A DNA stretch of 16,647 nucleotides from positions 1-16,647 of the forward strand of contig JBECKX010000165.1 in assembly GCA_040235515.1 (NCBI GenBank), in the 5' to 3' direction. The position numbers and the translations under genes were made by a program. The notes under the pieces are model-generated. The model saw nothing but the letters and a program-made list of their open reading frames with translations, was not told the origin of the DNA and made no database searches. The stretch is from Candidatus Zixiibacteriota bacterium. GTDB taxonomy: Bacteria; Zixibacteria; MSB-5A5; CAIYYT01. Shown here one piece after another: positions 1 through 6,700 of the stretch; the first letter of the stretch is position 1; every line of letters begins with the position of its first letter.

Positions 1-12
1 CTTGAGTCTCAT
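1..12 (-). CDS. 5' end of a divergent gene (MRLK...), truncated by the window edge
   Basis: The minus strand reads GAGGT-aagaagtc-ATG AGA CTC AAG, a good Shine-Dalgarno (21-25) 8 nt before ATG (12-10). Only 4 codons are visible, so the product is unknown. Confidence 0.5.
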
Positions 13-98
13 GACTTCTTACCTCGTGTTTCTCTGTTCAAATTCATTTGCCGTGTCTTTGTATGATCGTTTGGTATTTGAGATTTCAATCGAACATG

Positions 99-113
99 AT
101 CGGAGACTCCGAT
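99..113. promoter_or_regulatory. Perfect 7-1-7 palindrome, candidate operator
   Basis: ATCGGAG-A-CTCCGAT in the intergenic region, about 90 nt upstream of the divergent start. Confidence 0.3.
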
Positions 114-335
114 AGCCGCACCCATGATCGCCATAACGCGCGCGCACCCTTTGCACATGATGTCAAACAGTATCGAAAGCAAACTCGCAGGTAGCTCGGC
201 GGACGTTCTTCAAGCCGCATTGCAAATCGGGCCTGAATAGATTTCTGCCGCGCAATCATCCCAGGTTCCTTTAGTGCGAGAGCGTTTGGATTGCTTTACA
301 ATTTGATTGTTCAGTTGTCCTTGAGCCTGTATTAA

Positions 336-365
336 TATTTACGGCATCACTCCCGTTTTTGTCAA
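336..365 (-). promoter_or_regulatory. Candidate sigma70-type promoter for the divergent gene
   Basis: Minus strand TTGACA (365-360), an 18-nt spacer, then TAAATA(TTAAT) in an AT-rich patch. The -35 is perfect and the -10 imperfect. Confidence 0.35.
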
Positions 366-697
366 GAAAAAAACACACACAAAAGCTGACCTAATACATT
401 GTCTGCCAACCACTCTGATCGACTATCGCTTGGGCGGCCGCAAAATTGTCAGTGTGATGGATACTCCATGATTTTCTCGAATGCGCGGCCCACGCCGCAA
501 AATCACAGGTTCAATGGCGGCGGCTGAGAAACTGAAAACCCTGCGAGCGCCTTGAATAACGGCGAAACTGTCAGTGGCGATTCCTGCGTTTGCGCCCTCC
601 CGGTTGAACGTCCCCCCGCGACGTCGGCCCACTTTTCTGCGACCCGTTCCACCACGAAACAGCTTCCGCTAAAGCCCGTTCAATTTGGCTCTTAACC

Positions 698-726
698 GCT
701 TCACCTATATTACAACCTGCCGATAC
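698..726 (+). promoter_or_regulatory. Candidate sigma28/FliA/SigD/WhiG-family promoter of the giant-protein operon
   Basis: GCTTCA (698-703)-N15-GCCGATAC (719-726). It matches the sigma28-type spacing and -10 (TAAA-N15-GCCGATAA/T) and recurs at 14439-14467. An overlapping TTTG(684)...TATATT(706-711) could instead be a housekeeping promoter. Confidence 0.5.
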
Positions 727-771
727 TTAATGGAGATGAAAAGGACAACTTTAAAGCGGGGGAGCACCCGG

Positions 772-3700
772 GTGCAGCGGCTGACCTTACTCCTCGCAAT
801 CTCACTTATCTTCACTACCCCCCTCGCAGCCACGACCTACTACGTCTCCCCTGGCGGCAACGACGGCAACTCAGGCCTCTCTTCCGGCGAAGCCTGGGCA
901 GCGATCGACAATGGGGATCGGCTGGGTGTGCTTCAGCCGGGAGACTCGGTCCTGGTGCTGCCCGGTTCCTATGTGGCTGCTGCCAGCTATGAGTTGACTT
1001 CCTCCGGGACATCGCTCCAACCGATCGTCTACTGTAAGTATGGTAGCGGCGCCGTGCTGATCGACGGGGGCACTCTGCCCACTGGCGTCGTGCGGCTGAC
1101 GGGGGATTACCTTATTGTCGACGGGCTTGAGGTCACAGGCGGCAATACGGTAGGCGTCGATATCCTTTCGGATCACTGCGTGGTGAAGTATTGCCACGTG
1201 CATGATTCGGGGGCCAGGGGGATCAGAGTCACGGGTACTTACAACACACTGCTTCGCAACACCATCTCCAACACCGGCGTTGCCGGCATAGAAGTGGGCA
1301 GTGAATACAACTACAGCTACAACAATACCCTTTACGGCTGCGGCACGCGCGGTATTCACTATAGTGCTGGTGTCACCGAGGGACGCATCTTTAACAATAT
1401 CTGCGCTGGTAACAGCGAAGGCATTCGCGCCAAGGCAACTGTAATCTGTGGATTCAACTGCCTCTGGAGCAATACCCTCAACTACACCAATACAGTGGTT
1501 GACTCCGCGGGTGGGATTGCCGCCGATCCACGATTCGTCAATGCGGCGGCGCAGAACTTCGATCTCCAGAGCAATTCCCCTTGCATCGACGCCGGACTTG
1601 ATCTCGGCTACCCATACGCTGCAAGCGCACCTGACATGGGCGCCTACGAGCTGATTGAAGGAGCCGATCTGGAGCTAAGCAACCTGGTCGTAGAACCTTC
1701 CACGATCGGCGGGTCGCGCTCGTTCTCGGTATGCAGTTTTACGCTCAGCAATAACGGGCCGGAAAACATCCTCGCAGCGGTCGTGGCGTTTGATTTCTAT
1801 CTCTCTGAGAACGGCAGCTACGGTGACGACGAAGTCAAGATTGGCACTTACTCAACCATTATCTCGCTCGGACCCGGCGGCATCCAGAATTTCTACTTAA
1901 GTGGACTCGCCCTGATAGGCGCAACTTCGACCTGGCCGGCCGATCAGCCCTGCGGTGACTACTATGTGTACGGTAATATCAGGATCGTTACGGCGCTGAC
2001 GAACGACAACTACCTCTTCAACAACTATGCCCGCACGAACAACTCAATCAGTTACACCGGCTGTCCGGTCGTGAATGTTGACCTTGAAGTAACGAAGTCA
2101 GCCGATACGGATACCTCATTTGTCGGCAGCGAAGTTTACTATAAAATCACAGTCCAGAATCATGGACCGAGTACGGCAACCGGTGTGGAGGTCACAGATA
2201 TTCTCCCGGCCGGTCTTACCTTCGAGCGCGATTCGGCGCTGGCGGGATCGTATACCGAAGCTACCGGCGTATGGGATATCGGTACCATTGCGGCAGGTTC
2301 AGGTACCGGACTCTATCTCTTCGCAACCGTCGACCCCGGCACGAAGGGCACCAAGATACTCAACACCGCGAGCATCACCGACTACAATCAGACAGATACG
2401 GATGCCGGCAACAATACAGCGGACTATTCGATCAGTATCATCAATCGTGCACCGCAACTGGCCGCGATCGACGACCAGACGATGTTTGAAGGCAACCACC
2501 TGGCGTTCACTGTCAGCGCCACCGATGCGGACGGCGATGCCATCACTCTCGCAGCGACAGGCCTGCCGCAACACGCAACGCTTGTCGACAACGGCGACGG
2601 CACGGGCGAATTCGAGTTCCAGGCCGACGCCACCCAGGCAGGTGTCTACACTGTAAAATTCATCGCCAGCGATGGCGATCTGGCGGACACCCTGTCGGTA
2701 ACCATCACCGTCAATGCCAAGAACTTCGCTCCCCAACTGAATACAATCGGTCCGAAGACGGTCGAGGTCGGAAACAGCCTCGCGTTCAGCGCGACCGCAA
2801 GTGACCCGGACGGCACTATTCCCACATTGAGTGCCGAAGATCTGCCGGCCAACGCCGGTTTTACCGACAACGGCGACGGCACAGGCGGTTTCTCATTCGT
2901 ACCACAATTCGGCCAGGCAGGGATCTACACAGTCCGCTTTATCGCCAGCGACGGCATCCTCGCCGACAGCGAAATAGTGCAGATCACCGTGGTGGAAGAC
3001 AACGTGCCCCCGGTGCTTGATCCGATCGGCGATCAAACGGTAGTGGAAGGTGACTTGCTTGCATTTACCGTTACTGCCTCCGACGCCAATACTTCCACTC
3101 CCTCGATCTCAGCAGAAAACCTGCCGGCTGGCGCAACATTGACCGACAACAACGACGGGACCGCTGATTTCAGCTTCAGCCCATCCTATTCACAGGCGGG
3201 CTCATACGCGGTGCTGTTCATCGCGGATGACGGGCTTGTCGCAGACAGCGAAGCGATCACCATCGTGGTTTACCCCGCACCGGTCGTGCGCATTGCGGTA
3301 ACACCCGACTCGGCCACGATCACCGCCGATTCAACACTGCAATACAGTGTGCGCGGCTATGACGCGGGCAACGTCGAGGATGATCCCGGCGACATCACCT
3401 GGTCACTCACCGCGGCAGTCGGGACAATCGATCCAACCGGATTGTTCACCCCTGCCAGCGCCGGAAACGCTCGGGTCGTCGCCCGCTCAGACTTGGGACT
3501 GGTGGACACCACAGCGCTTCTGGCCGTGATTCCCGGCGCCATCGCCCGCCTGAAGGTCACGCCCGATTCCGTACAGATAACGATCGCAAAGACCGGCCAG
3601 TTCACCGCAATTGCTTTCGATGCAGACTCGAACCTTGTGGCCGATGTCACCGCCACCGCTGACTGGAGTACCACCGATCCCCAGGGCAGCGTCGTGCAAG

Positions 3701-6700
3701 GGCTTTACACCGCCGGGCTCGCCGCCTCGCCGCCGGGTTACTTCGTAAGGGCCGAGAGCGCCGGAGTGGCTGATTCAGCTTATGTGGAAGTGCTTTCCGG
3801 AGTGACGTTTGATAAAATCGTCGTCACGCCAGATACAGCAACTCTTCAAATCAGTGATGCCCTCCTCTTCCATGCAATCGGCATCGATGACTTTGGGCAG
3901 CCGACCGAAATCAGCAACGTGAGCTGGGAAGTCCTCGGTGGAATTGGAGAGATCGACGCTGATGGCCACTTCACCGCCACGACGCGTGGGTACGGCAGGG
4001 TCCGGGCCACCACCAGCGACAGTCTCGCCAGCGATCTCAGTAACCTGATTCTGGTGGAGGTACCCGCGGTTTCTGCAACCCCGCTTGGTAATCAATTCGC
4101 CTTGCCGGCCGGCTCAGGCACCCCGGTTCTGGCCTTTGATATCACGAATCAATTCGCAATCTCCAGCGGCTTCAGTGGCCTTACCATCCGGCAGAAAGCA
4201 ACAGGAACGACCAACGCCAACGCGGTCGCAGCGGATTTAGACTCCCTAGTCCTCTGGCGTGATCTTGACTTGAGTGCAACCGTGAGCAGTGGCGATCAAC
4301 GAATTGCCGCAGCGCCGGTCGGCTCAGCAATAACGAGCTTCAGCTTCAGCGCAGTTCCGATTTTGCCTTATACCCAGAGTCGCTATCTGATTGCGGCCGG
4401 CGTCTCATTATTCCCGCGTGATAACGACACCCTCGATTTCTTCTTCCTCCCGGCGACTGACGTTACCACCAGCGATGCGACTCCGATCGCGGGTCAAGAC
4501 ACCCTCAATTCACTCGGACGCGTGATCGTCGACGGCATGATTGCGCAGCAGGTTGCCGTCGGCGGAATCGGCAACCGCAATGTCGAATCGGATGGAACGC
4601 TGCATCAGGTGATGACGATTGATATACCGCGTAACGGCTATGAGCAGGACACCCTGCGGCAACTTTCGGTGGTCAATCAGGGATCGGGCGGGGAGACAGA
4701 TGTTGACTCCCTCATACTCTTCCGCGATAACGGCGACCTCGTCTGGAGTGGTTCGGCGCTCGATCAGCAGGTTGGGGCGATATCGTATACCGGCGAGCTG
4801 TGGAGCACGACAGGACTTGCGGTCCCGCTCACCGCTCAGTCGAATCGCTTTTTCATACTACTCAAACTGGCTGAGTTCCCGACGGATGGTTCGACCTTCG
4901 CTCTTGCCGTGCCGGAACGTGGCATTGAAGTTGCCTCACGCAACGATGGCCCCATCGACCAGATGATTGAAAGCGTGGATACCGTCACTGTACTCTCAAA
5001 CAAGTCAGTATCCATTCAAGCGCTGAATATCGCGCCAAGAACCTTGATCCCCGGATCGGCGACCGGTCCGTTGGTGAAGTTCCGGGTCACGAATGGAACA
5101 CCAAACTCTCTTACACTCAACCGCCTCGATATCCGGGCTTACCTGTCCGATCCTCGTTCCGCGACCCAGGCACAACTGGAGAGCCAGGTCGACAGCGCAG
5201 TACTCTACATCAAGGTTGATGGGAACGATGCCGCTTTCGGGGGGGACGACCAATACTTGAAGGCGGGTGTGATGAGTGGAGGCGCGATAAACTTCGACGG
5301 CCTGGGCCTGATATTGCCTCAGAACGGCGGCTCTCTTACTCTTGCGGCAGGATTGTATCTCGATCCGCTCAATTGCCGTGATGGCAATACCGTAAACCTC
5401 GGAATCGAGGGATCTACGGCAATCGAGTTCGCTACCGCCACCACCCTCGAGGGTGACTTCCCGATAAAGAACAACGAGGGCTTCACGCTCAACGCGTTTC
5501 CCGCTTCCGCTATCAAGATCAATCCTGTTGCGGGCAAGACCCTCTATCCCGGGCAACGCAACGTCCTGGTGCTCGACTTCGAGCTGCCGCGTAACGGCTA
5601 TGCGAGCGATCGCCTCCGCGCACTTACGCTGCAACAACTGGGAACTCAATCGTCCTTCGATGCCCTTGCTGCAGTAAAGCTGTACGCCGATGCCGGAGCG
5701 GCCGGTTTCAGCGGTGACGATACATACCTCGGCAGCTTCACACGCAATGGCGGCACACTGCGCCTGACAAACCTGAATCAATTGGTGGCGCAGCAATCCA
5801 ATCGCTTCCTGGTGACAGTTGACATCAGTGATGGACAGTTTTCCGGAGGCAACTTCGATCTGCAGATTACAGCGGCCGGTGCAACCTACTCTTCAGGCAT
5901 GACTGGACCCGATGACAGCCCGGTAAGTAATCCCGATTATCACCTGTTGCTGCCTTCAGAGCGCATTACGGCGGTCGCGATTCCGGTAGAGTCAAAACTG
6001 CTCTATCCGGGCTCAACCAATAACGTGCTGCTCTCGTTCGCGCTCTATAACGGCTATGCGGAACTGGACCAAACACTCGAGTCGATTCGCTTCACCAACC
6101 TGACCGAGTCGGCGGCAGGCGAGGATTTTGGCGACGAAGAGATCGGATTGCTTTCGCTTTACCTCGATCAGAGCTCCGACGGCAAAACTACAGATGACCC
6201 GCTCCTTGCGACCGGTAGTTTCGGCGATGGCAGGCTGCAGATGTCCGGACTCGACATCAACCTGTCAGCCAACGCGCTCCTTTACTTCGTGGTGGTCGCC
6301 GACATCTCCGAATCAGCAATCGATTCCGATCAGCTGCAGATTTCGGTGGAGAGTGGCTCGGATCTAACCTTTACTGATGCCGTAAACATCAATGGAGATC
6401 TCCCCCTTACCACCGTACTGCCATTTACGATCGACGGATCGATTGCAAGTCAGTACGAGATTCGCGCGCTCAACCCGCGCACCCTCGTGACCGGACAGGA
6501 CACGGTATCATTATTCGCGCTCTCCGCAGCAACCAACGGAATACTCCCTGATGTGCTCACTTCATTTACCATTGAGAACATGGGCACCGCCACGCAGGTC
6601 GACTTCGAATCTCTTTCACTCTGGCACGACGATAACAACAATGGCTTGCGGGAGGCATCCGATACCCGATTGGGCGACCTCCAGTACAACAATGGCCGCT

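Noticed and set aside
367..384. A7-(CA)n tract as a phase-variation site
   Set aside because: Too short, and it lies outside the promoter spacer.
423..632. 69-aa minus-strand ORF in the intergenic region
   Set aside because: Arg/Gly-rich with no recognisable motif or clear SD, so probably spurious.
685..771. ORF-track TTG start at 685 (and ATGs at 730/736) for the giant protein
   Set aside because: These starts have no well-spaced SD, 685 lies within the candidate promoter region, and GTG 772 gives a good SD and a canonical signal peptide.
5005..5796. 263-aa antisense ORF, plus the 297-aa ORF at 14837-15730 and other nested ORFs
   Set aside because: These are shadow ORFs of GC-rich coding sequence opposite or inside well-supported genes, with no protein motifs.
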